From assembly GCA_022813965.1 (NCBI GenBank), contig JALDZS010000049.1:1-64000 (forward strand): a DNA stretch of 64,000 nucleotides, given 5' to 3'. The translations under genes were made by a program, and so were the position numbers. Of this stretch, positions 10,801-24,151 are shown piece after piece; position 1 is the stretch's first letter; every line of letters starts with the position of its first letter. The notes under the pieces are model-generated. The model ran no database searches. It was not told where the DNA came from and saw only the letters and a program-made list of their open reading frames with translations. The stretch is from Toensbergia leucococca. Its lineage: Eukaryota.

Positions 10801-12029
10801 TAATCAGAACCTTGGGCCTCCTCCTCGGAACCCCAACGCACCACCTGCTGCTGCACCCACATCAAAGGGCCAAAACTCGAGCAATTGGAATGATACACCC
10901 GAAAGCTTTTTCAAACCTCCAACATCCCGTCGTGGAACACCTGGTGTCGTGCCATCTGCCATTAACACTCTGCCTGGTGTGTCCCTTGGAACACAACCCA
11001 GGCCTACTCCTCCACTTGGGCCGCCTCGTAAGGGTGCGGTGGCTCCGCCACCACGAATGTCCTCCCCTGCAATTGGTAGCATGCAATCACATCTGCAACA
11101 GCCTGAGAGGCCGCCCTCATCAATTGCGAATGCTTACGCTCCGCAGCTGCCCCCGTCTCAGCTTGCTCCAAGTCAGCAGCCGGCGGCTATGCCTCGTGGT
11201 CCTTCACCATACAATGCTCCGCCTTCTGGGCCCCCGCCCAGTAATCGTTATGCGCCTGCGCTTGCACCTATATCCCAGCCAATAGGTCCTGACAGTCAAC
11301 CCAGCTTTCCGTTGGGGCCTGGAGATCACCGTCCAATTCCGCTGCCGCAGAATCCATATGCTCCGCAACAGGCCTACACCACACAACAACAAAAACCGGT
11401 CGCCAAGACCGCAAGCTCAATGACGTCAAGATCTGGTGGCCCACCCCCACAATCAACTGGACTTCCTTCAGGTCCATTGCAGGCTCTTCCACAAGGGTCA
11501 AGGCCTGGAACTGGTCAGTCTCAGCGCAACAACATTGCAACGTCTCCACCACCTAAACACCGTGAGCGTTATTTTATTGGGCCATCTCGTACTCAAATTA
11601 GCTGACCTCCAGATAGCTGCCGGCGATCGAAGCCACATTCCAACAAGTGCGCGGCCGGTCTATGAAATTCTCAACGGCGATATGCAGCGTGTGAAATCAC
11701 GAGCTCCAGCATCATTCAAAATTCAGGTCAATGACACAGAAAAGAGGCTCAACATCCTCTTTGACCATTTGAACAACGAAGATCTCCTTAAAGAAGGCAG
11801 TGTTCAGAGCATGGTGGACCTAGCACGAGCGCTTCAAGCTCGTGACTACGAGCATGCTCACAACATACATATTGATTTGATGACAAACAAGACGGACGAG
11901 TGCGGTAACTGGATGGTGAGCTGCTTTTCCTCCTCTCTCCTTCATCACTTGACGTGAAAGATGAAGCTGATACCGAAAATCTAGGTGGGAGTGAAGCGCC
12001 TGATCGGTATGAGTAGAGCAACGCCCTAG
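7835..12029 (+). CDS. SEC31: COPII coat protein Sec31 (WD40 repeats, ACE1, Pro-rich region, C-terminal domain); multi-exon, with an apparent frame break at about 9290-9360
   Basis: [19 protein letters not shown]40 repeats, [17 protein letters not shown], a long Pro/Gln-rich region, [15 protein letters not shown], and last exon [14 protein letters not shown]. Confidence 0.95.
9290..9360 (+). repeat. Near-perfect tandem duplication (35 nt + 36 nt) inside the SEC31 coding sequence
   Basis: CTCTTCAGGAGCATCGAGGCATTCAACGAT-CGTAT (9290-9324) is followed by CTCTTCAGGAGCATCGAGGCATTCAACGATACGTAT (9325-9360). Confidence 0.95.
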
Positions 12030-12330
12030 TTTTATGGTGAAGATGGGAATTGAAATCAGTAATCGAGCCTTAAGCGATGACCTTGGCTTCAAGGCTCCCT
12101 TGAGGCTCCTTAGTGGCGTAACATATCTGTATCCGTATGGAGTAGCGAGAACTCAATTAACACTCTATCAACCCCGAATACTCCGTAGATTACAGTACCT
12201 ATCTTTGTACAAGTATTGACTAAGGATATCTCATGTTCTACAATTATAATTTTAAATCTTCCTACCTACTCTCGCTACTCAAGTGTCTCACGAAGTCACC
12301 CCCATTTATTGGTTGGAGTGTACTAAAATC

Positions 12331-13350
12331 ATGAATGACTCTCAGGCACAGTCACCGGAAGAATCCAGTTTCCAGAAGCAGACGCGTTTGCGAAGAGAAC
12401 GCCGCGATGCCAAGATCAGAGTCGGCGGATCTCAGCGGTTGGACAAAATCACATCGCTTTCTGGGAGAAATGCAGAGTCTGGTGAGTACATTAAATAGGA
12501 AGACGCAACATTCACATAGGTGCTGAGTCAATAAAACCTCCAAGTGCCACCTCAAATCACAGAGCTCCCTTCGCAGAACCCCGGATCGCAAGCCCAGCAG
12601 CCTGCGGATCCTGACGAGGTAGACATCTCTAATCATCCCTACACTTCCTCCCGCTCTTCGAGCACCCATCGTAACGAAAATGCTCCTACCGACGTGGACC
12701 TGCGCCAACTACTACGGAGCGGAGCTCCTCAACCGAACGTACAAGATAACCCCTTTGCGATGCCTGGGATGGGAGGAGGAGAAAGAGGAACAGATGGTGC
12801 TAGGAGTGGGGGAGAAGATGATCCCATGATGCGAATGCTACAACAAATGATGGGGGGAATGCCGGGTGCTGGAGGAGCAGCAAGCGCGGACGGACAAGGC
12901 GGTCTTCCGCCTGGGCTGGCTGCTATGCTTGGTGGGGGAGAAGGTGTGGGGCAGGAGATGGGCGGCGCAGGTGCATATGAATACATGTGGAAGATTATAC
13001 ATGCTGTGTTCGCACTCGCTCTGGGCCTTTACATCACAAGTATGACGAGCTTCAGCGGGGCGCGATCGTCACGGATAGAAATGGTTGAAGGCGACTCTGG
13101 CATCCGATTCTTCTGGGTCTTTGCAACGGCAGAGTTGGTCTTGCAGTCAAGTCGGTTCTTCATGGAGAGAGGAAAAGTGAGCCAGGGAGGAATGTTGGCC
13201 GTGGTCGCAGGGTTTTTGCCAGAACCGTGGAAGGGCTACGTGGGCTTGGTGAGCCGGTATAGTGGGATTTATAACACTGTTGCGCAAGACTCCATGGTCG
13301 TGGTGTTTGTTTTGGGAGCGATATCTTGGTGGAGAAAGTCGCTTGAGTGA
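12331..13350 (+). CDS. GET2: GET complex receptor subunit Get2/CAML-like; intron 12482-12544
   Basis: N-terminal RLRRERRDAKIRVGGSQRLDKITSLSG motif, a DPMMRMLQQMMG low-complexity linker, and three C-terminal TM helices. Confidence 0.85.
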
Positions 13351-13785
13351 GCTATATGGCGTCGAGCTTCCTCTGTCACCCAGGATTTTCACATCTCGGA
13401 AGTATCACTTGACGTTCTGCGAAATAACGGTTTCCCCTGATGATGGTAGCAAACCTAATATGGCATTCTATGAGTTACGTTGGCGATATGAGCAAGCGAA
13501 GTCAGACCCCTATCTCCAGGTAATTTACGCTGGAAGCAAATAATCTAGAGGGACCTTTATCCAGGCTCCAACTCATACATTCCAATGCCTCCATTTGCTA
13601 AGAACTACTTTCGGCAAGGAGACTTGTATCAAGGTAGACTGAAGCCCACTTCTGGTTCTCTTGCTTCCATCCGTTGTTCAGCTCATTGCCAATGTCTCTT
13701 CCCACTCTCGCTAATGATCTACCTATTTTAATCTACCTCTCTCGAAAGACATCTCTTCTCAGCTTACACTTGAGATTGGCAAGTA

Positions 13786-15832
13786 TCAAAATTGGGAGTG
13801 CCATTGTTCGTGAGCGGACATAGCAAAACGGAACATCTTGGCACCACATAATTTGCACTCAGCATCCCCATCGGGCATGTCGTCTTCACCGTTCCAAGAA
13901 GAAACCCCATCCTCATACACCCAAGGTTCTTGAAGACGGCTATTTCGACTCCTGTTCTCGATAGGCTCTGACTCTGTTGCCACATTTATCTGACTTGTAT
14001 GCTCCTGCACTACGCCTTTATCATCCCAAGGCCCGCTAATAACATCATCGAATCTCCACTCCTTTAGTACGTCCTCTTGTCTCTTGAACATCTTTCCAAT
14101 ATCTCGACCTGCACTTTCTTTGCTATTGGTGGCCGTCTCTACCATATTAGTGGCAGCAATATTGACTAGACTTAGGTTCCACCCCGAATGTTCAGGGTGG
14201 AGCTTGTGGAACATCGGGATGAGAAAGTCATTGACCAGCTTCTCTACTAAATCATCGATACTTTGCACGAGACTGAAAACGAAGCTCGGCATACGACTAG
14301 AACGACAAATGCGATTGAATGATCGCGTGCGAGTTCCATCTGGATTCATTGGGAGGCGTGGGCGAGTCGTGAGGCGCAGTGTTTGAGGAAAGGCCATCCA
14401 TCTCTTGGATTGTATAGGACCTACTTTCCTTAATTCACTTCCTCCTTCATCGTTGGAAAGGATGTCTTCCTCATCTTCGTACTCGGTAAGATCCAATTGC
14501 AATCTTCTTACTAAACTCTTTCCGAGTGTTTTCAATTCCTTCTTTACGTCGTTGATAGAGTCGAGTCTGATATAACTATCCTCAATCGATATCTGTCTAG
14601 GTACACTCCGTGCTTTCCCAACCTCCGTGTCATCAACCCCATTCAATAGACTCCAGATTCTGGCCCCGATGCCCTGAGGCGAGCCGGGACCCCCCAGAAT
14701 GCGGTCAAGTAATTCCGGTCCCATGTTAGCAAGCAGCCGGACGTCTCTGACATGAACCTTCTCTTTGGAACCGCCGTAGACAAGTCCTGCATCGAAATCT
14801 GCTTCCCGTCCCAATACATGCTTTCGTATCTTTTGAGCAAGCTTGAAGCCAATACCTGGTATCCTACCTATGTCGTGGGCGTCAACAAATGCTGTGACGT
14901 TACTGTCGATATCGTCAAAGGCTCGGATATACGGCGGCACGAGGGTTGTTTGGCTATTAGGTTTGTTTACATTGCCAACGAGTTTAGAGAGTAATTTGTT
15001 TGTAGAGATGCCAACTGTAGCAGTGAAACTTGTCTGCTCCTCCAGAAGATGTCTGAGGTGCTGAGCAAGGTGTGAAGCAAGAACTAAACGCAAAGTCAAA
15101 TCGCCAATGCCCCCAGCCTCTGGCGAGCTTGCAATCGAAGATATAAAGGACGATGAAGTAAAAGGAGATTCGGGATAGGTGCAACCGACGAAAGACGTCA
15201 GGTCAAAGGGGAAGCCGATAGTTGGGTCATTTCGATTGAGATGGAAGAAAGAACAGGACGAGTTGTTGTAATTCAGCAACTCGAGATTGTACACAACAAC
15301 ATCTGAGACATCTAAAAACACCTGTTCAGATCAGCGAACAGTTGTGTAAAGGGCGAACAAGTGCAGGCCTACTTCATCGAAGCCGAGTCGCTCAGCTTTG
15401 TCGGTCCAAGCATATTTACGTAGGAAATTGTAAAGTTTCTTGGAAGCATTCCGAAATGGAGTCAGATCTTCGCCTAGAAGTACGACAACATCTGGGCACG
15501 CCCTCCTAGCTTCTTTGATAAGCTGCAGCTTGTGGAGTCCTCTACGGCGAGCCTCGTAATTGCATGTGACAATGATCTGCTTTTGTTGGACTGCTAGTGG
15601 GAGGGAGCGTAAAGCGGGGTTCTGAACCTCGAAACAGGCAGCGTAAAAGCTGGGAGTGTTCAGAGCTTGATGAGCTAATGATAGATGCTATCGATCTTAC
15701 GCGTCGTAGTCCTGAGGGGAAAGTGATTAGAAGTTTTGATGGGAAACAGGGAAACCTGGAAAGCGGGTCTTAATTTACAAAATGAAGGATGACTCGGTCA
15801 TGCTTGGCCATGTCTAACTTTCTCGGTGCCAT
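13786..15832 (-). CDS. Y-family translesion DNA polymerase (iota-like) with a C-terminal C2H2 UBZ-like finger; includes an 11-nt exon at 15711-15701
   Basis: The spliced N-terminus reads RVILHF-DYDA-FYAAC...PLAVQQKQIIVTCNYEARRRG...ERLGFDE-VFLDVSD. Also GISTNKLLSKL, IPGIG, and a C-terminal CKLC...HEQWH. Confidence 0.88.
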
Positions 15833-16361
15833 GTGGACGGGGGAGAGGTAGTGAGGAAGGTAGTAGTTGGTGATGAAATTTGGGTGCTTGGATATAGAAC
15901 ACGCAGGGATGAGGATGAGAAAGTAAGAATATCCGTGAAGTGCTGCGTAGTTCGGCGGCTAAAGGTCGGCACGGCAGTCACGGGAAAGCTGGAAATAGAC
16001 TAGACAGTCGGCCTCTCGGACGTTTATCATCCCTTCCCACCTGTTGAACGAATGGCAGTTCTCCAATCCTCGTGTCCACTGCTACCAACTGGGTACTACT
16101 CCATCCACATCACTATTAATACTGTTGAGTTCTGGCTCATGATCGAACTTACTCTCTTATTACTTATTCGGTACTTTCTAGTGTGTCCTCTTCATCATGT
16201 CCAAATCACCCTTTTTGCCAGGCTTACAATAAATACCCTGCGCCACACCGTCTTGTTTTAATGCCTCTCTCATATTTTGCCACCGAGATATGCTGAAGCT
16301 TATGCCACAAACTGGCTGACTTAGGCAGAAGCAGTACAGCTACTTTGCCACCCCACCCACT

Positions 16362-17339
16362 ATGCTCGCCGCTCTGCCTATGCGAACTCCAAGGCCGCCG
16401 GATCCATGCGATAGCGCCTGTACAAACTACATCTCACCCCACCCACTCCAACGCCCAGCGCCGACTTCAGTGTCAGGAGAAGAGTCCGGAAACGCATTGA
16501 CTATGTCCGTTATGACAAGGCCAAAATTGAAACTTCAAACAGCCGAGCTGCCCTTGCCTTTCGGCCACAAGTCCTCAACAGCTCTGAACGTCAGTGCTTC
16601 AACAGACTCCCCAACAACTCGCAACACATTTGCCAATGTTTTCGAATCTCCACCACCATTAATGTCTTTGGCATCTACCCAGCAGTCGATTGAAGCTCCC
16701 AGACAGTCACGCCTCGATCACCACACATCCGCGCCTCTGTCAGCCTTGCCGATGTTGAACTCATCACCTTCTCGCCATACCTCGCCCTTTCCCGCCACAT
16801 CTCCCTATTGTCTTCCCATCGGTGCCCGCAGCATTCTTCGCAATAGTCCTCTTCCACGCCGGCATACGTCTGCTACGTCTGCCAGAGCGTCTAGGAGGAT
16901 GTTCCCACCTGTAAAAAGAGTAGTCTTCCATGATAGGCTTGAGGAAATTATCCCCACGCCAATCATTGAAGAGTCTTCTGATTCGACCGACTCTGATGCT
17001 AGTGAAAAGCGCCAGAGGCCTACTTTAAAGGATCACGAATTTGTGCCGGGAGGGATAGAAAAGTTGGTGGCGGCAACTCCGGTTCAGGGAAGGCGCAAAA
17101 GGCGGCGTGACTGGGGTTGGACTTTGGATGGCGAATATGAGACAAGCACGCAGAAAGATATCATCCTAGTCTCGAAACATCTGGGAGGTGCCAAAGAAAG
17201 TTTCGACCAAGTGGAAAACGGAGTAAAGGAATCAAAGTTCAACCCGGAGGAGGAGAAGGACGACCCAGGGCACCGAAGTATTCTGGATGCCAACATGCTA
17301 ACATCAAGGGATAATAAAAAGATACCCCCACGCTCATGA
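16362..17339 (+). CDS. Uncharacterised Ser/Pro-rich disordered protein with SILK-like and RVxF motifs (candidate PP1 regulator)
   Basis: A 325-aa intronless ORF containing PKLKLQT, RSILR, KRVVF and RRKRRRDWGWTL. An upstream exon is possible. Confidence 0.65.
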   Translation: MLAALPMRTPRPPDPCDSACTNYISPHPLQRPAPTSVSGEESGNALTMSVMTRPKLKLQTAELPLPFGHKSSTALNVSASTDSPTTRNTFANVFESPPPLMSLASTQQSIEAPRQSRLDHHTSAPLSALPMLNSSPSRHTSPFPATSPYCLPIGARSILRNSPLPRRHTSATSARASRRMFPPVKRVVFHDRLEEIIPTPIIEESSDSTDSDASEKRQRPTLKDHEFVPGGIEKLVAATPVQGRRKRRRDWGWTLDGEYETSTQKDIILVSKHLGGAKESFDQVENGVKESKFNPEEEKDDPGHRSILDANMLTSRDNKKIPPRS

Positions 17340-17673
17340 CTACACTCATTTCACCACAAATGAGATATTCTCACAAAACTTTTGACGAGACATCATTGTC
17401 ACTTGATGACAAAGGCAATGATCATGAGTGATGAATACATGTCTGTCTAGTCAAACAAACTTAAGAAAGTATATATATAGAGACAAATTAAAGATGTTTC
17501 ACAGAGCGGCTGAACAATAATTAAGCTTACACGACCACTTCACCTGAGTCCTCCGCACGATCTTTTCAAAGTCCTTTGGGAGACCCCCAAGAACCCCTGA
17601 GTAGTACCTACCGTTCGAGCCCACTACTCTAAGTGGCAACAAGTCTGCCGTATACTGATACTCAAGCGCTTGC

Positions 17674-20600
17674 TCAAGTCCCAGTCTCCGTCTCGACACT
17701 AGGTTCTCGTCCGTCTAGACCTGTGAGTTTGTTGCGTATTCTCTTCATTGCGAATTTGGCCTCGTCCTTGGCGAAAGCCGCGTTACGCCTAGAGATAGTC
17801 AATATGTACCTGTTCCTTCGGGTTTCTCAACCTCTTACAGGGGTTTCCATTGCATTGGACCTCGAAGTTTTCTCTTCTCGCTCTTTTTGTTCGCAATCTC
17901 CCGCTTCTTCTCTGTTTCCTTGCCGTTTCCATTTTGCGTTCCGTCTCCCGAGCCGTTTATTGCAATGGCACCAGTCTCATTTTTTGCGGCGTTTGTGCTC
18001 TCACCATCTTGAATGCCCAAGTCTTCCGAGTCAGAGTCACTGTTATCATCATCGTCGTCTTCAATACCTTCGTCGTCGGAGCTAGGGTTGATGGGATCGT
18101 GAACAGGCTTGTCTGCACCAGGTTCTGCTCGCTTTCGGCCGTGAGAATCCAAGTAGGCCTTGGGATCGTCGCCAAATGCACCACTCCAGTCTTGGCCGTC
18201 CTTGGCGAGCCATTTTTTTCTCACCTCGGGATCAGCCTCCTTTAATACATCTCGACCTTCAGTGAGAGACTGCTCGTGCAATTCCTGAACTTTGGGGGGC
18301 AATTCCTTGGTTACTTTCCTCTTTCGTACTCCTTCTGCGAGACATGCTTCCCAAGTCTCGAATGTTTCTCTAGAGTCATTATCGATTACAAATTGCTCGT
18401 GGTCTTCATCGGTTCCCGCCTTGAATCGACAACGGAATTGCAGCCGTCCTATCTCTTCGAGATCTTCGAGACCAGGAACTTTTTTAGCTGAGAAATTCCT
18501 CTCTGTAACGTAATTTTGTGTCAACCGTGCACCGTTCTTAGTTGTCCAGATAGGTATGTTGATGTCGGTTTCCTCGTTGTCCACTAAGTGATGCAGCCAA
18601 ATGACAGCATATGCGGAAGCTCCGCGCTTGCCAGTAGCATGGAATTCAAAAACGACTGGTGACCTATAGCGAAACTTGACGGGAAGTCTGACATTGTTCT
18701 TTCCATCCTTCTTAGCAATGTCCCAGAACATGCCATCGCCTTCAGGCAGGCTTCGGCACTGTGTTCTTGAGATAGAGCCAGTGCTGCCGCCAGTCCGCAA
18801 TTTCAACTTGACATGGCTATTATAATTGAGCGCTAGTATTCTGTCGGAGGTAAATTCGAATGTTCCAACGTCCCAGCCAAGCATATTTGGGGGCAGTCTC
18901 GTTTCCATGCTTCGGAATAGTAAAGAGATCCGGGCACGTCCAAATCCCTTGAAGAGTCAGCCCGAGGATTAAGAACACAAAGGGTAAGGTATGGCTTACA
19001 ATACCGCCGTCGAGCGGATACCATCGAGTGACTTGAGAGCTGCTCTGAAGTATATCGGACAGCTTCAGGGGTATGACCCCGAGGACTGGATCATGCTGTC
19101 GGTACCTTTGGTCTCGGACTGTTACTGTTACAATACCCGATCTCCAGTCACGCATAAATCTCTCTGTTCCGGCATTAAAAATCGGCTTACTACTGACTGC
19201 TTTGGCACGAGTACGGTACACCTAGGAGGTTAGTGGTCATCTCCCCGAGCAAGGAAAGAGGTTACTTACTAGCTGATCGTTATAAAGAATTGTGCAATAG
19301 CTGCTCGGAAGCTTCTTGCTCTCTTCTTCTATATTCTCACCAGCTGCTTTGGCCGGCTCGTATTCTCTACCTTTTCGGGTACCTTCGGTTCCTTTAATAT
19401 TCTCCAACTCAAGATTGACGATCTGGTGCACGATCACACTACAGACACCGCTGGGCCATAAGGGATCGGGTGGAGTGTGAACAACAGCGTCCTCGGTTTC
19501 ATTGTCCAATACACCCTTATCATCTTGTAGACTCTCATGGTCTTTGAGAGCTTCGGGAAGGTTCCGATCTTTCCCATCGGTTCGTAGAGCGGGCCTGAAT
19601 TGAGGCTTTGCGAAATATCCGACTTCCCAGTGAAGTTGTCCTGGCATCTCACTATCGGCTTCCATGCCTTGGAGCTTCGAAACTTGGGGGTACATTTTCC
19701 TAGGATGTTGTATCATCTTCTGCATAGAAAGCTCGACCTTTCCCACTATATCGTCAGCTGTAGAGCGGTCAGAATCCCATAACTCAACACTGAGCTGCTC
19801 ATCAGCTTTGATCAATTCAGGTGTCACAAGCAACCTATTTTAGTTAGAAGATCTGCAACTGCGAGTGAGTCAAGGCACGACCTACGCAGCAGTTTCTTCC
19901 CAAATGGGATTAAGATCGTCCGTGATGACACGGGTACAGTACATTGGCTTGCCATATTTCGAAAATGATAGAGTGATGTATGGGTCGCTACCTCCGCCTT
20001 TACTGCCGCGGCGGTCTTGTTTACTCAGTCCCACCGCTCGATGAATTCGAATCCAGAGAACACCGAGCGCAAGGACATCCTTCTGAATATCATCACCCTG
20101 AAGCATCTTACTAAGATCCAGAGACATGGACTTAGGAGCCACGTACATACTTGCGGCAGCTCCAATGGCATAGTTGACAAAATTCGATATCAAAGGGAGA
20201 TTGAGTATATTAACGCCCTTTTCAACCATGGGTATGCAACCGGCTTGGACTTGAGGCAAGCCCATCAGGGTAAATGTAAGGTTCTTCAAAAAAGGGGGTT
20301 CAGGGGTCATCTGAAGTCGTAATCGTACTGTTCCAACTAACCCCTGCAGTTCAACGAATATCGGTAATGGTACTCCGAAGAGGCCCTTGATACCTAAGTA
20401 GAAAACGAGTTGCATGTGCATGTTGCGTGCCTTCGAAGAGGAATCCTTACCGCTGGGTTTGGCGTGGTAGGCGAAAGATACCTCAATGTTGTAGTAGTCG
20501 CCCCCTTCCTCATCAGCAGCAGCTTCCTGGGGATCCTTGGTCTTTTTATTCTCCGCATGAATGCTTTCCTTGAGCTCTTTGACGTGCGTATCTGGAAGTG

Positions 20601-21776
20601 CGCGGAGGCTGAGGATACGAATTGGATTGTTGCCTTGGTTGATCTCTGCTACACGGACATTTTCTATCACACCAGGCACACTCGCTTGCATAACGTCTTC
20701 AAGCGTATCTGCCACCGAGGCGAACATGTCTGGATCGAGCAATCCCCAAACGATACCCAGCTAGAGGCGTGTTAATATTGTGAAGACAGTAAAATTTTGG
20801 TACTCACAAATGTATTCATCCATTCTACAGATTCGGGAAGAAGGTTGGCGGTTGCCTGGAATCATCAGCATCTGCCTTTGTTACCTTGGCCGATCTTTAC
20901 CGACTGTTTCCCCTCTTGACTGCTCGCTCGACCATTCAACTTCCCTGCCGCTGCGTATGACTTCCTTCATCCACAGCCAGATTCCAGACACGATGCAGGC
21001 CGCGGTAGGAATAAGACCTTTCAAAGATCCACCGAACATCTTTCCCAATATAACTATAGCAAGAAATACACCAATACAAAGCCCTCCAGCTCTCCTTTCC
21101 AGAGCTGCGAACATGGGCTCATAGCTGACAGAAGGCGTAGGATGAAAGAGGATATTGGTCTGCGAGCAATGATCAGAACTTTTGGCTAGAAGTCTGGAGA
21201 TTGCCAGAGTCTCACCTTCTCTCCCTTGATGGGCACATCGCTTGTACTGCCGTCTGCCACTGGGTCAGGTGGTGCAGTTACATCTTGATTATGCTTGTAT
21301 TCTGGATTTGATTGAGAGGCGTCGGTTCTTATGGGCTTGAAGATGTCAGCTTTCACCAAGCTAATACCTGCCTGAAGAACAAGGTGCATACAGTATCCTT
21401 CCCAAGGTTTGCATTGGGCACGGAAAGCTATGTGGCTATCAGCAGCTGAAATATGAAGACTGGGTGCTGATCATACCTGGGGATTTTTAGACGACTCCAC
21501 AAAGTCTTTGTCTACATCCTCTATCCCGATTTCTGTACCAGTTGTTGGGTCCGTGACTGTCCTGTAGCTATGGTCTAGATCGGCTTGTGCTTGATGAGGA
21601 GTAGCATCGCCCTTCTTCTGCTTTGACTGCTGCTGTTTCACATTATGTTGTTCATCGATCTTTCTATCGCGTTCCTTTTTGTCCTTGTCAAGGCTTGCTA
21701 TGAAATTCTGAATGGTTGGTATGGGATTAGCTCCACTGTAATGGTCCCCAGGGGCATGTCTTTGCTGTTCTGCCAT
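17674..21776 (-). CDS. Mug190-like membrane-contact-site protein (TM + SMP + C2 domains); multi-exon
   Basis: N-terminal YSGANPIPTIQNF, a TM hairpin, an SMP-like region (DTLEDVMQASVPG...), and C2 motifs GSDPYITL, DLNPIWEE and LWDSDRSTADDIVG. It ends GREPSVETETGT*. Confidence 0.85.
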
Positions 21777-22261
21777 TGTATACGATGGTAGAAGTCTTGA
21801 AGACGGATAAAGACACGCAGCGCAGCGAGGTATAATTTTCCTCTTGCGCACAGTCTCCTGAGACTGGAATGGCCTTCCCAAATAGGAGTTCCAAATAGGG
21901 AGGAGCGCGAAAAACACTCGCTTGTCGGCCCTCTGACGCAGTGACGTCAAGCCTACTGCGTAATACCTAGGTACTCGTATGTCAAGGTGAGAAGTAACTC
22001 AGTGTGAAGGTGCTCTGGGTGACAGCATTATGTGATACGGTTACACATGCCTAGACTTCATGTTGTCATTCTATGATGTATTCACCTCCAATTTGTACGA
22101 GAACTTCTTCTTCGTATGGATATGCTACTTGAAATTACCTTCCTACGTTGGGCTCATATCCTTGCAGAGTTGTTCCCAAAAGGGAGAGGCAGGATTCCGC
22201 CTAAGAAAGGAGTTTATGCCTTGCTTTTGGATAAAGTGTTCCAGAGACATCCCTGGTTGCA

Positions 22262-23820
22262 ATGATGACCGAAGTTCGAGCTTTCGTTGGAGGCCGTGTA
22301 TGCTTTCACGGTAGATTTGAAGATCGCTCAATATTCGTGAACACAACCACCGGCTGTATCGTGGAGAAGCCTTCCACGGGCGAGCCATTTGACATCATTG
22401 ACCTCCACGGACGCGTTGTAGCCCCGGCTTTTCTCGAATTGCAAACCAACGGCTGCGCAGGCGTGCATTTTACCAATTATGAAGATTCTCAAAGCTATCA
22501 GGAAAACCTTGAGAAAGTCTCCCGCTATTTGGTCACAAAAGGGGTTGGAGCGTTTTATGCGACCTTACCTACTGTCAGTCCAAAAGTCTTTCAAAAAGTA
22601 GGTGGTTTGCACATATCCTTTTTACCAAGTCATGAGCTTCTTATGATATTCACGTACATGTCGGTGACAAATTACTGAAATATGCAAACTCTCATCAGTC
22701 TTTCTACTGAGCTGCGAGGACTATTCTCAATTTCACGTTTTTTATATGATAGAAAACTCATTTCCAAAATGTCTTTACATCCTAGTATGTGATCCAGATG
22801 AGATCTGACATGTAGGTACAACTGAAACTACCTCATCTTACGGTTGCGACTCTTCGTGAGGCTGTGAATACTCATTTAAAACACGAAACTGTTAATCACC
22901 AATGTCTACTACTAATCTACCATCAGGTCCTTCGTCAGTTGAAGCCACGAACCTTCGGCAACGGAGCTGATCTCCTCGGCGCCCATACTGAAGGACCTTG
23001 GCTGAATCCAGCGAAGAGAGGGGCTCATGGTCCGTATCATATAGTCGCATTGATATACATCCGCTTAACGCAAATAGATGAGACGCTCATGAGAAATCCC
23101 ATGCACTTTTCTATGGAGGCAATTTACGGCGACGCTGAGACTGTCTCTGCAATCAAGCTCTTGACACTGGCACCAGAATTGCAGGGCTCACTGGAAATGA
23201 TTGAATTGATCTCCAAGAAGTATGGCATTATTGTGTCGCTAGGTCATTCAGCTGCAGATTTGGATACAGGAGTCGCAGCAATCAAGGCAGGAGCTAAGGC
23301 TCTCACTCATGTCTTTAACGCCACGAATCCTTTGCATCATCGTTCGCCTGGGCTTGTGGGGTTGATGTCGTCGTCCGAAGCACCGTACTACTCGGTCATA
23401 CCTGACGGAATTCACCTTCACCCGACAGTATTGGCAATGGCATTCCGAGCCAGCCCAGAGAAATGCATCCTTATAACCGATTCGATTGAATTGGCAGGCA
23501 TGCCTGATGGGATCTACCCTGGCCATTCGCAAATCCCACACTCCCAGAACAAAGAGGGTTTAAGAGCTACAATCGCTGGCACCGATACTTTGATAGGTAG
23601 TTGCATTAGCATTGATGAGTGTGTACGAAATCTCAAGGAGTGGAGTGGATGTACTCTACCGCAGGCAGTCCGCTGCGTTACAGAGAACGTTGTCGGACTT
23701 ATGCAAAATACCGAGAGAGGCCTCATACAGCCAGGCAGAAGAGGCGATTTTGTCGTTTTAGACGACGAAGGAAATGTGCTCCAAACGTGGATCAAGGGCG
23801 CTCAAATTTATGAGCGATAG
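22262..23820 (+). CDS. N-acetylglucosamine-6-phosphate deacetylase (NagA/Dac1); introns at about 22598-22927 and about 23030-23077
   Basis: Amidohydrolase motifs APAFLELQTNG, AHTEGPWLNP, TLAPE, SLGHS, THVFNA, DGIHLHP, LITDS and PGRRGDFVVLD. Confidence 0.9.
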
Positions 23821-24151
23821 TCGGAGATGACATGTGAGCTTTCATCGAAGGATGACTGCACGGAGGAAGCTCCGTTACGCTTTCGGAGCTTCAATCATGA
23901 CAGATTTAGATAGGTAACGTGAAAGGTAAGGGGGTAAACAGGACTAATGGAGTTCACTCTTCTAGCCTGCTTCCTTTCTCCGCCTGGCCGAGGCCAGAAC
24001 CCCACACTTACGATTGACCCCACCATTACCTAGCAAATCAGCTGTTACATTCACTCTACCCACTTCGGTACCTTTTACTTCTGCTTCCTGCAAACATATA
24101 AAAGACACATTTGCTCAATTGCTTCACTAAAGAAGTCCAATTTCTCCAAAA

